Assembly (NCBI GenBank): GCA_026770705.1
Contig: JANJGN010000023.1
Location: 13,578,001 to 13,642,000, forward strand
From: Isurus oxyrinchus
Lineage: Eukaryota
DNA length: 64,000 nt
Reading direction: 5' to 3'
Under the pieces are notes generated by a model that saw only the letters and a list, made by a program, of their open reading frames with translations, was not told where the DNA came from and did not search any database. This document shows positions 13,321 to 25,804 of the stretch, piece after piece (positions within the stretch are counted from its first letter, which is position 1; each line of letters starts with the position of its first letter). The position numbers and the translations under genes are program-made.

Positions 13321-13450
13321 ATTACTTCAAGTCAAAGCTTCCACAGTCGTATTCCAGGCAATGAAAACCTCAAGTACTCTTTTTAGATACACCCAAACTA
13401 GTCACCGTTAAAACACAGATCTGAAATTGAAATAATGGCATGTTACTTAC

Positions 13451-13625
13451 TGGCAGGTGAGGGGGTACTGTAGCCACTGACAGGAAGCTGGTGCTGCAAT
13501 CCATTTATGGATGGTGGTGAAAGGCCCCCAAGGACCGGTGGGAAGAAGAATGGGTAATGGGGCACTGGGTAACCATTTACGTGTCCATTACCTGGCGGTG
13601 TGCACGAACTGCTGTTGGTTGACAT
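13451..13625 (-). CDS. RARA: Retinoic acid receptor alpha, isoform alpha1 first coding exon (A domain; partial CDS, 58 codons + 1 nt)
   Basis: [58 protein letters not shown] closely matches the human RARalpha1 N-terminus ([59 protein letters not shown]). Kozak-like CACCATG; phase-1 donor A|GTAAGT at 13450-13445, at the same position as the known A/B exon junction. Confidence 0.95.
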
Positions 13626-14001
13626 GGTGAAGTAAGACGTGTATAGGATAGTCCTCACATGTGCACCACGAAGCTGATCAGTGCATATCAAATCGGAGAA
13701 ATGTCAAGCGAAACCAAAGGCAATGACAGCCTTGCGTGCAGAATTGATGTCAGAAACAAAGAGGGTTCATACAAAAAAATAACACCAGTTCTCCTAATAG
13801 AAAAATTAAAAAGCCAGTCTGTATTCCTTATGGATGGCAAGCCTGATAGTCAACCATTGGTTCCATATGAATCTATCCAAGTACTATCCTAATGTACATT
13901 GCAGCTGAACTCTTGTAGGAAAAATGCTCTTCACGTCCGCAGAGACTCCTTGAACAGTTGTTCTTCTCCTCTAAATCTGGGCCAGACTGGGTGTGCTTAC
14001 A
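13626..14001 (-). other. RARA: 5' UTR part of the RARA1 coding exon
   Basis: Polypyrimidine acceptor TATGTTCTTTTCCAG| (AG at 14003-14002) gives a 551-nt exon with 376 nt of UTR, similar to the long UTR portion of the mammalian exon as I recall it. The sequence is repeat-free. Confidence 0.7.
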
Positions 14002-14984
14002 CTGGAAAAGAACATAATTGTAAGAGCAGGGGAAAACTTGTTGAGAAACAGTAAATAACCACAGCTTTAAAATCGAATCTTACAGTAGAAAGGCAGAAGC
14101 ATCTGGGTCCCGTCCCCCCCCCACCCCCCCGCCAGAAAACAAGGAGAAGGGAGAATGGTGGAGGGGCGGGAAGGAGGATAAGAGTCAGCTCTTGTGTGTG
14201 TGTGGGCTTTGCAGAGCTGTATTACAGTGTTTAAAATAATTACTCCTCTTGTCCTGAAACATCTGATTTAAAAATACACCAGAGCTAACACGTGCAAATT
14301 AAAATGTGCAAAAATTGAAAGGGGCTTCTTAAAAATAATGGAGTTTGATATGAATTTCTACTAATTCCCCTCCCTTCCCCTGCCCCCCTCAACTTACTGA
14401 CAGACCCTTGGCCCCTAAATATTGCTGGGAATAAGAACCCCAAAGCAGTAGCATCAGCATTTCTAAGCATATGGAACACATATAGGCTACTTTTTCAAAG
14501 CAAATATAGTGCCTAACAATGGCAAACACATTATTCAATCTGGTCAAAATCTGATTATGATATTTGAATTGCAAAAAATCACTATACTTCTCTTTGCTCA
14601 AAGGAGACTCTTTACAAGATAAACAGAGTTACCCACACACTTCATGCAACTTCGAGTCTTATGATGAACCTGAGGGATTAAATTTGCTTTGCTGGCTGCA
14701 CACACTTGGCTCCCAACGTTAAGTGCCAGCAACAGGGCAAACCAACAATTCCTTGCTACAGGGATTCCTCTTCTGTTAACTGCTCACACACCCCACTGAT
14801 GGGACCTGGGGAGAGGTCCACAATGCTGAAACTGAGTTTCTCCCCCAGTCAAGACCCGCATTGACAGAACCTGTGACAAAGCCTAGCCAAGACTGCTCTG
14901 ACAGCATTGATGGGAACTCAGCTAAAGCCTACCCAAGGCCATCTCTCCTTACCAGGCAGTCAAACAACAATACTGAGGAGTTAT

Positions 14985-15600
14985 ATAATCATGGAATTGT
15001 ACAGCACAGGAGATGACCGTTTAGCCCACTGTGCCCTTGTTGGCTCTTTAAAAGAGTAATCCAGTTAATCCCATTACCTTGTTCTTTCCCCAAAACGCTG
15101 CAATTTTTTCCCCTTCAAGTATTTATCCAATTACTTTTTCAAAGTCATGCTGCTTCCACCACCCTTTAAGGTGGCCGTTCCAGATCATCATAACTCGCTG
15201 CATGAAAAAATATCACCTCACTTCTGGTTCTGCTGCCAATTACCTTAAATCTTTGTTACTTAATCGCTCCTGACTTCCAAACTATCCGTGACCTTCTATT
15301 TTTCTCCACCTGCCCTTCCCCCTCAACAACATAAAACCAATCACATTTCTACCTCTCTCCAGTTCTGATGAAGTCATATTAGACTCAAAATGTTAATTCT
15401 ATTTCTCTCTCCACAGATGCTGCCAGACCTGCTGAGTTTCTCCAACATTTTGTTTGTATTACCTAAAATCTGTGTCCTCTGGTAACTGGCCTTCCTGCCA
15501 GGGGAAATATAGTTTCTCCTTTTCATTTTATCAAACTCGTCATATTTGTAAATGCCACTATCCAATCTTCTCTTAACCACAGCTGCTCTAGTGTAATGAG
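14985..15600 (-). mobile_element. CR1 LINE 3' fragment interrupted by a Penelope-like insertion
   Basis: Reverse complement of the CR1 3' UTR and C-terminus; collinear with 59500-59952 on both sides of the 15253-15458 insert. Confidence 0.7.
15253..15458 (+). mobile_element. Penelope-like terminal repeat fragment (single arm)
   Basis: Shares TTTCTCTCTCCACAGATGCTGCCAGACCTGCTGAGT with the palindromic copies. Flanked by TTACCTTAAATCT (15240-15252) / TTACCTAAAATCT (15459-15471). Confidence 0.7.
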
Positions 15601-16066
15601 AAGTCTGCTTTTTTGTACAGGCTGTCCTTTCTTCCTTTCCAGTTAAAGGAGAGAATAGTGGAAATATATATATAATGCACAACAATAAATTTCATACAAG
15701 CTTTTGGGGTGTCTCAATTTTTTTTTCCATTCAGGTTAATAGCAGAGAGGTCCAGAAAGTAAATAGAAGACATTCTGTCCTTGACATAGGGGCATCAGTC
15801 TGCACTGGGGCTCAACTTAATCATAGGAGTCTGAAATAAGGAATTTAACGACTACCCTGAACAGCCTCAACATTATTTTAACACTGTTTCTTTCATGGTA
15901 GTCAGGGGCATGCTGGCAAATAAGCCTTTGGAATCTCTCTTAAGTCATTACAATCACCAATAGCAAGCTGAAGTTTTGCGATGAAAAGCATCAAACTGCT
16001 CAAACCCAACACTGCTGCCTATATTCAGTTGGGTACATTTAGAATTTGAACCTTTAAAGGGTGCTA

Positions 16067-16283
16067 AAATATAAACAAGGAATGTTGGGAATGCTTAACA
16101 GGTCAGGCAGCATCTGTGGAAAGAAACAGAGAATTAATGTTTCAGGTTGATCACCCTTCATCAGAACCATGACCCTCATCGACCTGAGACAGTAACTTTC
16201 TTTCTCAACAGAGGCTGCCTGACCTGTTGAGTATTTCCAGCATTTTCTGTTTATATGTACATCTGCAGTATTTTGCTTCCATT
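16067..16283. mobile_element. Palindromic Penelope-like repeat
   Basis: Inverted arms CAGGTCAGGCAGCATCTGTGGA / AGAGGCTGCCTGACCTG. Degenerate flanking direct repeat CTTTAAAGGGTGCTA (16052-16066) / CTTTCAAGGATGATA (16284-16298), 12/15. Confidence 0.7.
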
Positions 16284-17339
16284 CTTTCAAGGATGATACT
16301 TCACTGCCTTGGATTTTTCGGTCAGTGGCAAAGCAAAGAAACTCACTGTTCTTGAGAAGAGCTACTCATAAAGATCTGGCAACCTCGGTGGCAAGGTTTT
16401 CTCCTTTTCCTATGGCAAGTTAAATCTGGCATCAGATCAAGGGAATGTCTTTGCTGACATCAATGCTGCTGCTTGCCAACATGTAAGGAGCCAATCACAT
16501 TTAAGTATTCATGTGCAGCAAAGCAGGAAATTAAGACCACTGAATCACTTGATTTATAATTTACATTTTCAGATTGTGAAATAAAGGGCTATGATGAATT
16601 AAGATAGAAGCTCAAATAAAGATAAACATACCTTTGAAAAATAATTTTTTTTAATGTTTAAAAAAAATGAGGATTACTTTATCATTATGGAGACATTTAA
16701 CATTCCAAAAATACAAAGACAGCTTTATAGGGCTAGTGAAGGAGTTTAGCAGTAATAATGAAGTTAGTAACCAGGTGCAACTTATTCAAACATTTTTACC
16801 GCAAGTAAACAGTGGTGGAGTGGATGCTTTCATCAAATCATGATTGCAATGGAGATTGCAATCTATGGGAGCCTCTACAGCACATCCTGTGGAGGAGCAT
16901 TGACTCACTGACCACCTCTGGATTCCCACATTATTCTGTGCGCATGTGGGCTCTCAAAATTGTCAGTTTCAGTGCAGTAATGGTGGCAAACACTTAACGG
17001 TTTCGCTGTCATTGCCACAGTAAAATCTGGATTATTGGCTGTAAATACAATCACAGAAAAGGTACACAAACTATAACTATTCAGTTCAGAGGAAAAACTT
17101 AATACAGAACAATGGAGAAGGGAGAAGCAGGGGCAGCTCTAAAACATTTTGACATGCGCATTTGAGAATATGCCATTAAGTTGCATAACAACTTGCCACC
17201 ACACACATATTTCTGTGTTTGGATCAGAAGGATATGACTTTTTTTTGATACAAAAAAATGGAGAAGACAAAGTCACCAGTTGCTTCAATGAAGTTTACTG
17301 TTGACTCTCAGGTTTGTTTGGATTCCAGCAAAGCATTCT

Positions 17340-17925
17340 CAGGTTAACAATTTGCTATATGTTGCTGAAACCCTCATCTATGCACTGCTACTTCTAAACT
17401 TGACTGTTCCAATGGTCTCCTGGCTAGCCTCCCATACACCACCCTCCAGAATGCTGCTGGCCCGTATCTTTACTCTCACCAAGGCCTGTTCATGCATCAT
17501 CTCCTGCTCAGTGATCCATATTGGCTCCCAGTCCGTCAACGTTGTGATTTTAAAATTATCAACCTGGTTTTCCAATCCTAACGCCCCCCACCCCCGCCCT
17601 TCCTTATCTCTCTAACCTTCTTCAGCTCTACAACCCTTGAGATCTCTGGGCTCCTCAAACTCTGATCTCTTGTCCATCTCCTAGCTTAATCACTTCAGCC
17701 TTCAGCTGCGGAGCCTAGGCTCTGGAATTCCCTCCCTGAACCTTTACCTCTCTTTCTCCCTCTTTAAGATGTTCCTTAAAACTTACCTGTTTGACCAAGC
17801 GTTTAGTCACCTGTACTAATATCTCAAAGAGACTGGATGTCAAATTTTATTTAGTAACAATCCTGTGAAGCGCCTTGAGACATTTTACAATGTTAAAGGC
17901 GCTCTATAAATACAAACTGTTGTTG
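17340..17925 (+). mobile_element. L2 LINE 3' fragment
   Basis: Decayed ORF2 end (LHWLP-like ATCCATATTGGCTCCCAGTC) and 3' tail CCTTAAAACTTACCTGTTTGACCAAGC...GTTAAAGGCGCTCTATAAATACAAACTGTTGTTG. Confidence 0.7.
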
Positions 17926-20900
17926 GTGCTTCTAAATCCAAGCAGTTAAATCCATCTCTCCAAGTTACTGCAAACGCTTTAGCAAGTGGATTTGAAATCC
18001 AAGTGGGAGATCATATTCAAACGAATTAGGAATTCACGATAGAACTGCATGCAGTTGGACCATGGGCAGGTTCCTGTGCACCATGCACTATCACATTCAG
18101 TTTGAGTCAAACTGATCCACTCTGAAGGTAATTCTCTGGGGTATACAGCCAAGGCATTCTTCAGTCAGTTTACATGCCAGGAGGTGCTAAATTACCTGCC
18201 ACCGGTGTGCTGTGCACTTCAGTCTCAATCTATAACTTTGGATCAACTATTTCTCGTTGGCTGATGCAAACCTTTACACTATACCCCAATAGAAACCGAA
18301 AGAGGAGAGGTTTGAAACAGAAATACTTCTAGCTGTTTATCTTGTATAAGTTTCTGCATAATAAATACAAAATCCTAAATCCAAAAACACTTCACAACTA
18401 GACCACAAACTTCAGAGTCAATCTGGGATAAATCCCATGCCTAGAAATGAGAATTTATATTCTGAACTGTATCGCTGGTCCATACTCTAGGAGAATTTAT
18501 AAAGCAAATTCATTTCCAAACTTAACTCACAGCAGGTTCTCTTCAGCCTAAGTTTAATAAGATGAATTGTGGTGCTGATTTACAGAAATGCTGCTTTTTC
18601 CAAATCGCCCTCTTGTATTATCCCTGTGAGCTCATTACTGCAAACATTTGGTTTAATTAATTGTGTTATGATGAAACTAAGAATTGGAAAATGATACTGT
18701 ACCAAGTTTAGCTGAAGCTGGTGTACCCCTTTTCTTGGGTTTTCAATGGCTGTCCACATTGGGCCTTCCTTAGGAAGAGGGCGAAGAGAACCAGGTTTTT
18801 CATTATTTTTGTGATTCAGTGGCTAATCATGGAAAGGACAAGTGTGGAGCATGGCAGAGGATCAGCATCAGCTGTGATGCAACCCAAGGTCGAATAACTA
18901 GCCACTACTCCAACTAGGCTCACAGATAAACATTGATGACTTGAACAAAATGCTGAATTGTAGCCAGTGTCAGCAACAGCAGGATGGGATGGAAGAAAAC
19001 GAAGTGTGATGACAATTTTTTAAAAAAGTACTCCCAGCTTGTACTCCTTTGGGCCTGTTATTTTGGTATCGGGGGGGATGACTGAGCCAATGCCACCTAT
19101 AGGTTCCCACCTATTTGTAAGCTGTTGTGGTTTCCCAGGAAATAAGTGAACTGCTCAGAATAAGAAGGCAATTTTAATAGTGTAAAGCAGGTGATATTGC
19201 GCCAGCTGCCCATTAAATCCTGATTTTCCTTAGCACTGAAATCAATGGAAAGCAGAATTAGAAGAGCTGCAAAACGAGCAACCAGTCCAATAATACCTCT
19301 TATACTATTGCCAAAAGTTAATCACCATCATGGGTTCATTCCATATCGTGATTTCAGTTGACCAAGAGACACAGTGCTTGAGGCAATGGACTGTAATTCT
19401 GAACCTAACTCCAAAACACAAAATAAATGGAGGATGATGCATCTCCCTTAATGGATGGATTCAGAATGGTGAAACAACTACCAAGCTTACAATTTTTCCT
19501 AGGTTCCACTGTCTCAAAACCGCTCCCTAAACTCCCCTATCTCCTCAAAATACATCTCTTCCACCAAATTTTTGGCCACCCCTCCTAATCTCTCCTCCTC
19601 TAGTTCAGTGATTACTTTTTTCCTGGGAAGGACCTTGGAATATTTTTATACATTGAGGAATGTACATATACGTAAGCTGCTGCTGTATGCTCCCTGTCTA
19701 AGATGCACATGGGTGGCAGAGAAACAAGAAAGGGAAGGAAGGAAATACATGCATTTTTTTTTCAAAGGCTTGTCTCACCCGGAGGGTAAACAAAAAAGTA
19801 AACGAAAGTCAATCAATCAGTACTGATAGAAGTAATGCAGGTAAATGCATTTATCTTAAAAAGGTGCAAGTCCCTTTGTGAGAATTCTTCAGTCACAAAC
19901 ATGCAAGACTCTCGGAAACTCGATCCATACTTAGCTTCAGGATTTCTGACATAATGCTGTTTGCACAAAATAATAGCCAGGTTGTCAAATGACATGTTAC
20001 TGTTTTCAACATAATGATTCTACACTGTATAATTAAAATTGGCAGTGTTAGTAATTTCCAAATTAGGAATATCAAACTTGTCAATGGTTCACTTTCAAAT
20101 CACTTTGTCAACATGTGAAATAGTCACAAACCAAGAAATTCTTTTATTAATTTTGGTAAATCATCAAATGCATTGTTATTTTTAAAACTGCTTTATTTTT
20201 AAAGAAAAGTAAAAGCTCCTCATGTTGTATAGTTTTTGCTACACTATCATTTGCAGTGGAGATGTGCTGTGTCATATATTTCAATTGTTGCTAGCTTGTT
20301 TAGAATACTGGAACTCTTTCATAGCCCACACTGATGTTGACTAAATGGGTTCCATTATGGGGATGTGGAACGTACAGTGGTAGCTGGTAGGAACATGCCT
20401 CACTGACCAATGAATATCAAACAACTGGCTACTTACAGCAACCAGCCATTAATGTTGAAAGGACAATGATGCATCCTTTATGCGCACCGGTTTAATAATG
20501 TCACCCAAGTATTAAAAAGCACTGCTGAGAGCTGCCGCAACACACAAACTGGAACTGACACCTAAAGCACCAAACTAAATTTTACCTTTTTACCACAACA
20601 GTTGATGGGTATCCCTAATACAGTAATTCAATCCCAAATACAATGAGCAAATTGATGTTCTTGTGCCTGTGCACTGGGTGAAGGGCATACAGGGAAGATC
20701 AGGTGGAAAGGATTATATTGATGGATAGCGAATTCAGCTGGTTTCAGGACCACCTTCCCACTCAGTTTTTCCAATACATAACATATGCAGTAATAGAAAG
20801 GTCTACCTCAATACATCATATATTTATGTGCTGCTCCATGGATCACCGTTGATTTGTGCTTTATTTTTAAAAAGTAGAACAAAGTTGATCTTCAATATTT

Positions 20901-21246
20901 ATGCATTTAACAATATGTGAAACTGGACTTTCCTTGAAAACATTTCCTTCATCTTCCATTATTTTAGATCTTAGGTTAGGCAAGACAGTGCAGTTAAAAG
21001 AGTCTCATATGCCATTTAGCCTACTGGATAAAGGGACTGGTGGTGTTGACTTAAGACAGGCATACCCAGATTCAGATTCTAATCTGTAATCCGATATCAA
21101 CAGGGGCAGCACCTTCAGGGTTGCTGGGCTAGGGAGAGAAAATCAACCAGGATCCTCATTCACCTCCAGTGACTGCAGCATGACGTTGGATGACGACACC
21201 GTCGTGTTCAACTGTGGTATCCTCTATGGTCAAAAATGTTGATATC

Positions 21247-21500
21247 ATAAGAACATAAGAAATAGTAGCCCTTCGAACCTGCTCCGCCATTAAATAAGAT
21301 CATGGATGATCTTCTACTTCAACACCATTTTCCTGCACTATCCCCATATCGCTTGAAGCTTTTAATATAAAGAAATCTATTCATCTCAGTCTTGAACATA
21401 CTCAACGACTGGGCCTCCATAACACTCTGGGGCAGAGAACTCCAAAGATTCATGAACCTCTGAGTGAAGAAATTCCTCCTCATTTCAGTCTTACACGACC
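21247..21500 (-). mobile_element. CR1 LINE 3' fragment inserted in an old SINE (about 21060-21600)
   Basis: Begins with the reversed tail CATAAGAACATAAGAAATAG; AmnSINE2-like sequence continues on both sides. Confidence 0.7.
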
Positions 21501-22898
21501 TGAGCTAAATAAGGCGGCTCACACATGGTGAGCATTGACCCACTTCAAGCAAGCGCCCATGGGGTGGGGAGAAAACTGCTGGAATTAGGAAGAAGAAAAT
21601 AATGCTGCCATGGCCACCAGATGTAGTGCTACATTATTTCTGAGTGCTGTATTAGGTCTGAGCCCCCACACCAGTAATACGCTAGCAATGATATCAATTG
21701 AGAGAGTGTTACAGTCTTCACTGGCCTGGTGGTGGTCCGGAGCAAACCACAATGATTATGCTAAGAACCATTTGCTCAAACAATTTAACTCCCACACTGA
21801 AGACATTCCAGTGCATGTGACTAAGAAGGGATTTACTTTGCTGTATTGTCACTATTATTTAAATACGAGCTCCATGTTCTCTCATAAGCAGATCTATGTT
21901 TTTACTTTGTCATCATCTCTGATCTGTCCCAGGGCAACACTTTTAATGCTTCCCATGATTTTATTTAACTACAATTCAGCAGTCCTTCTGGCAAATGGCT
22001 CCAAAATTTCCTCAGTAGAAAAATGACCTGACATTGTGCAGCCATCAGACTATTGCTGATTAAATTACTGGCCTTGGAACAGTTGGATATTGCAGAGGTC
22101 AAGTCACCGTTCAGGCCCCCTCAGATTATTAATAATATGGTTTAATCATATAACACTGTTACCTCACTGCTCTAGAAGACAAGGAGAGTACAGCTGTACA
22201 CAGGCAGGGAAAGCTTGATGCTGTACACCACTGTCTGGCCTGGGTCTCTAACAATTCCTATTGGAAAACAGCAACACGGCAGGTGACAGATTGAAACGTT
22301 ATTAATTAAGTGGAGTAATCCAAAGAAACAGTACCGACTCCAGGATTCAGGAAATCCCTCTCTAAAAACACAGTACTTGATGACAGGTAGCTCGAAGGCC
22401 AGGCTCCAGACAGCAAGCCTAAAAGATAAACAGTTGTTCTTTTTGTTCATCTGGTTCCCAGCAGTCCTCCTCAATGCATACACACACATGCAATATTCCT
22501 AAGATCATACCAACCCTGCAATTCTTCTTCAAGCCCACACATCAGGAAGCACATTCACATTTTCACAGAAAGGCCACACAGGCTGCAGGATTTTTCTATG
22601 TATACTGTTAGTGTTCTTATTTTGCTCTTCCACTTTCCTTCCTTTACCTGCCTTTTCTCTCTATCCTGTCACTTTTTGTGGGCTTTGGTCTCTTGCTTCA
22701 TCTTATTGCTCTGTTCTCTTACTTCTTTGGCTTTCATAGGATGTAGGTTTTTAATTTGAACCCTTACAAGAATTACTGCAAGTAAATCCCTTCATAGTCA
22801 TGTGCCCTAGAATGTTTTCAGTGTGGAAGTTAAATTATTACAGTATTTAATTATACTACAAAATGTCCACATTAATAACCCTCTTCTCTGACCAACAA

Positions 22899-22905
<7 letters not shown>

Positions 22906-22940
<35 letters not shown>
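22906..22940. repeat. (TA)n microsatellite
   Basis: About 17 perfect TA units. Confidence 0.95.
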
Positions 22941-22943
<3 letters not shown>

Positions 22944-24359
22944 ATATATATATAAAATGTGTGCCCCTGGTCTGTGTTTTTCTGCCCATTGACTCTAATG
23001 GCTGGAAATCATGAGTAGTATGATTGTGGTTTTCTGTTATATACTGGAGGTGGCCGAGGTATCTTGCCAGCGAGCTAGACTCAGAATATTGACATAAGCA
23101 TTTTTTTTTATATAATAAATACATTGAAGAACTTTGAAACATAGTGGGTTACCAGACTGTCATACTGCAAAACAGTGTTAGGACTGCTGGTTCAAACAAG
23201 AATTGCTTCTCAACTATTTCCCAATCCTGGCTGGAGATATTCAGTGAACCACCAATGAAAGAGCTCAAAATTCAGCACTATTTCAGTGACTAATTTTCCT
23301 TCACTATTTTTATACTGATTTAGAACAGGATCCTGCCCAAACCTTCAGAGCTCCTTTACCTCTAAGCATTATGTATACACTCAGTCTATTATATCACCGG
23401 TCCCCCCACCCCCAAAACAACAAGATCTCACCCTCCTAATCTTTGGCTTCTATATCTTTGTTGCCTTTGTCCCACAGCAACAAGGGCAGAAGAGGAGGAA
23501 AGTAGAATCAGGTAAAACCAGAGGCGCTTAAGAGCTTCATGAAGGTTAAATCCCAGAAGGTCAAGGATGAGCATGGGGCCAGGACAATCACCAAATCAAA
23601 CTTCAAGCTGAACCAGGGCAAATTAGATAAATCATAAAGCATAGTTGCCTGAAGGATCCACTGTTAGCAGAAAACTATGGATGCTTTTGCAAATTGTTAA
23701 GTTGGGAAAGATATTCTTCCTGGAGTTAACAGAGCAGAGGGAGTACAAACACGTTTCCATCTGTTCCTATTCAGATGAAATTACATTGTTTCATAATTTG
23801 CCATGGTGAGATTTGAACTCTTGATCTTGGGGTTACAAGCCCAGTACCATAACCATTTGGCTATCATACCAGAACTGGGAATGGTGTATCCCCATTAAGG
23901 GCGACCTCACTCTCTTGATTGCCATCAATAGCCTAATTAGAAAGTGCACCTGGATGGGTACCAAATGGAGCCAAGATTGGGCTAGGCTTTGATGTCCTTT
24001 GGAGTGAGTTATTGTGTCCACACCTACCTAACCATTGCCGAATACAGCCAGTACCTTGAAGAGAGGAGAGGGAAAATAACCAGGAATGTTGTCCAACAGT
24101 AGTTCTAAAAAAATATACTGGGATATAGACACTGACCAGCCAGTCAAGATATTCCACACAATTACAACATTCATAATCAATAATCCATATAGAAAGGTTT
24201 GCTGATAACACTAATGAACATTTTTGTGACAGGATGAGTACTTCTAGATAGTTGTGGACTGCACACCAAAGAGCCAAGGATTTTAATCACAGAATGTAGC
24301 ATTTTTATATAAACTGTTCCATTTCACTCCTAAACTGTAATGAGCTGCTTCTATGCTGC

Positions 24360-25804
24360 AATAACCTGCTCACTGATGCTCAGTTTGGATGCCACCAGGG
24401 TGCTCAGCTTATTACAGCCTTGATCCAAACGTGGACAAAAGAGCTGAACTCAAGAGGCGAGGAGAGTCTTCTCATCAAGGCAGCATTTTACCGAGAATAG
24501 CATCAAGCAGCCCTAACAAAAATGAAGTCAATGGGAATCAGGGAGAAAACTCTCCATGGTTGGCGTCATACCTAGCACAAAGAAAGATGGTTGTGGTTGT
24601 TGGAGGTCAATCATCTCAGTCCTATGCCATCACTACAGGAGTTCCTCAGGGCAGTGTTCTAGGCCCAAACATCTTCAGTTGCTTTATCAATGATCTTCCC
24701 TTCATCATAACATCAGAAGTGGGGATGTTCACTAATGATTGTACAATGTTCAGCACTATTTGCAACTCCTCAGATACTGCAGCAGTCAGTGTCTATATGC
24801 AGCAAGATCTGGACAATATTCAGACTTGAGCTAATAAGTGGCAAGTTATATTCACGCCACACAACTGCCAGGCAATGACCGTCTGCACTTGACATTCAAT
24901 GGTATTACCATCGCTGAACCTCCCACTATCAACATCCTGGGGAGTTTACCATTGACCAGAAACTGAACTGGATCAGCCATTATAAATACTTTTTTTTATT
25001 TGTTCATGGGATGGGGGCATCACTGACTAGGCCATAAGTTATGGCCTATCCCTAACTGCCCTTGAGAACTGAGTGGCTTGCTGGGCCATTCAGAGGGCAT
25101 TTAAGAGTCAACCACATTGCTGTGGGTCTGGAGTCACATGTAGGCCAGACTAGGTAAGGATGACAGTTTTCCTCTTCCCAAAAGGACATTAGTGAATCAG
25201 ATGAGTTTTTACGACAATCAACAATGGGAATTCTGCAGAGAGTAACTCTCCTCTTGATTCCCCAAAGCCGGTCCACCATCTAGGAGGCACAAGTTAGAAA
25301 TGTGATTGAACACTCTCCACTTGCCTGGATGAGTGCAGCTGCAACAACACTCAAGATACTTGACGCTATCCAGTACAAAGCAGTCCGCTCGATTGGCACC
25401 ACCTTAAACTTCACCCCTCCACCAATGACGCACAGTGGCAGCAGTGTACACCATTTACAAGGTACACTGCAGGAACTCACCAAGGCTCCTGCAACAGCAC
25501 CTTCCAAACCCACAAGCTCTTCCCACCTAGAAGGACAAGGGCAGCAGATGCTTGGGAACATCACCATCTGCAAATTCCCAGCCCAAACCACACACCATCC
25601 TGACTATCGCTGTTCCTTCACTGTCACTGGGTCAAAATCCTGGAACTCCCTCCTTAATAGCACTGGGCATGTACCTACACACCACATGGACTGCAGCGGT
25701 TCAAGGAAGGTGACTCTTTACCACCTTCTTAAGGGCAATTAGGGATGGGCAATAAACGCTGGCCTAGCCAGAGACTCCCACATCCCGTAAACGAATAAAT
25801 AAAA
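24360..25804 (+). mobile_element. 5'-truncated LINE (CR1/L2 superclade), decayed reverse transcriptase
   Basis: GVPQGSVLGPNIFSCFINDLP...MFTNDC (RT motifs, degenerate FADD), with stops and frameshifts. 3' end AAGGGCAATTAGGGATGGGCAATAAACGCTGGCCTAGCC...A-rich tail. Confidence 0.85.
24990..25224 (-). mobile_element. SINE (5'-truncated) sharing its 3' end with the host LINE
   Basis: Poly-T, then TTCATGGGATGGGGGCATCACTGACTAGGCC...ATCCCTAACTGCCCTT, which is the reverse complement of 25730-25800, followed by a non-LINE body. Confidence 0.75.

Noticed and set aside
1-13450. RARA alpha2-specific exon or downstream B/C-domain exons
   Set aside because: No MYE(S/N)V.. or IETQS/CFVCQDK-like peptide in the ORF track or noticed by eye; presumably outside the window.
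13626-13691. 22-codon N-terminal extension of RARA in the ORF track (MICTDQ...)
   Set aside because: It starts at TTG, homology begins at the ATG at 13625, and that ATG has a good Kozak context. The final SK* of the ORF is intron read-through.
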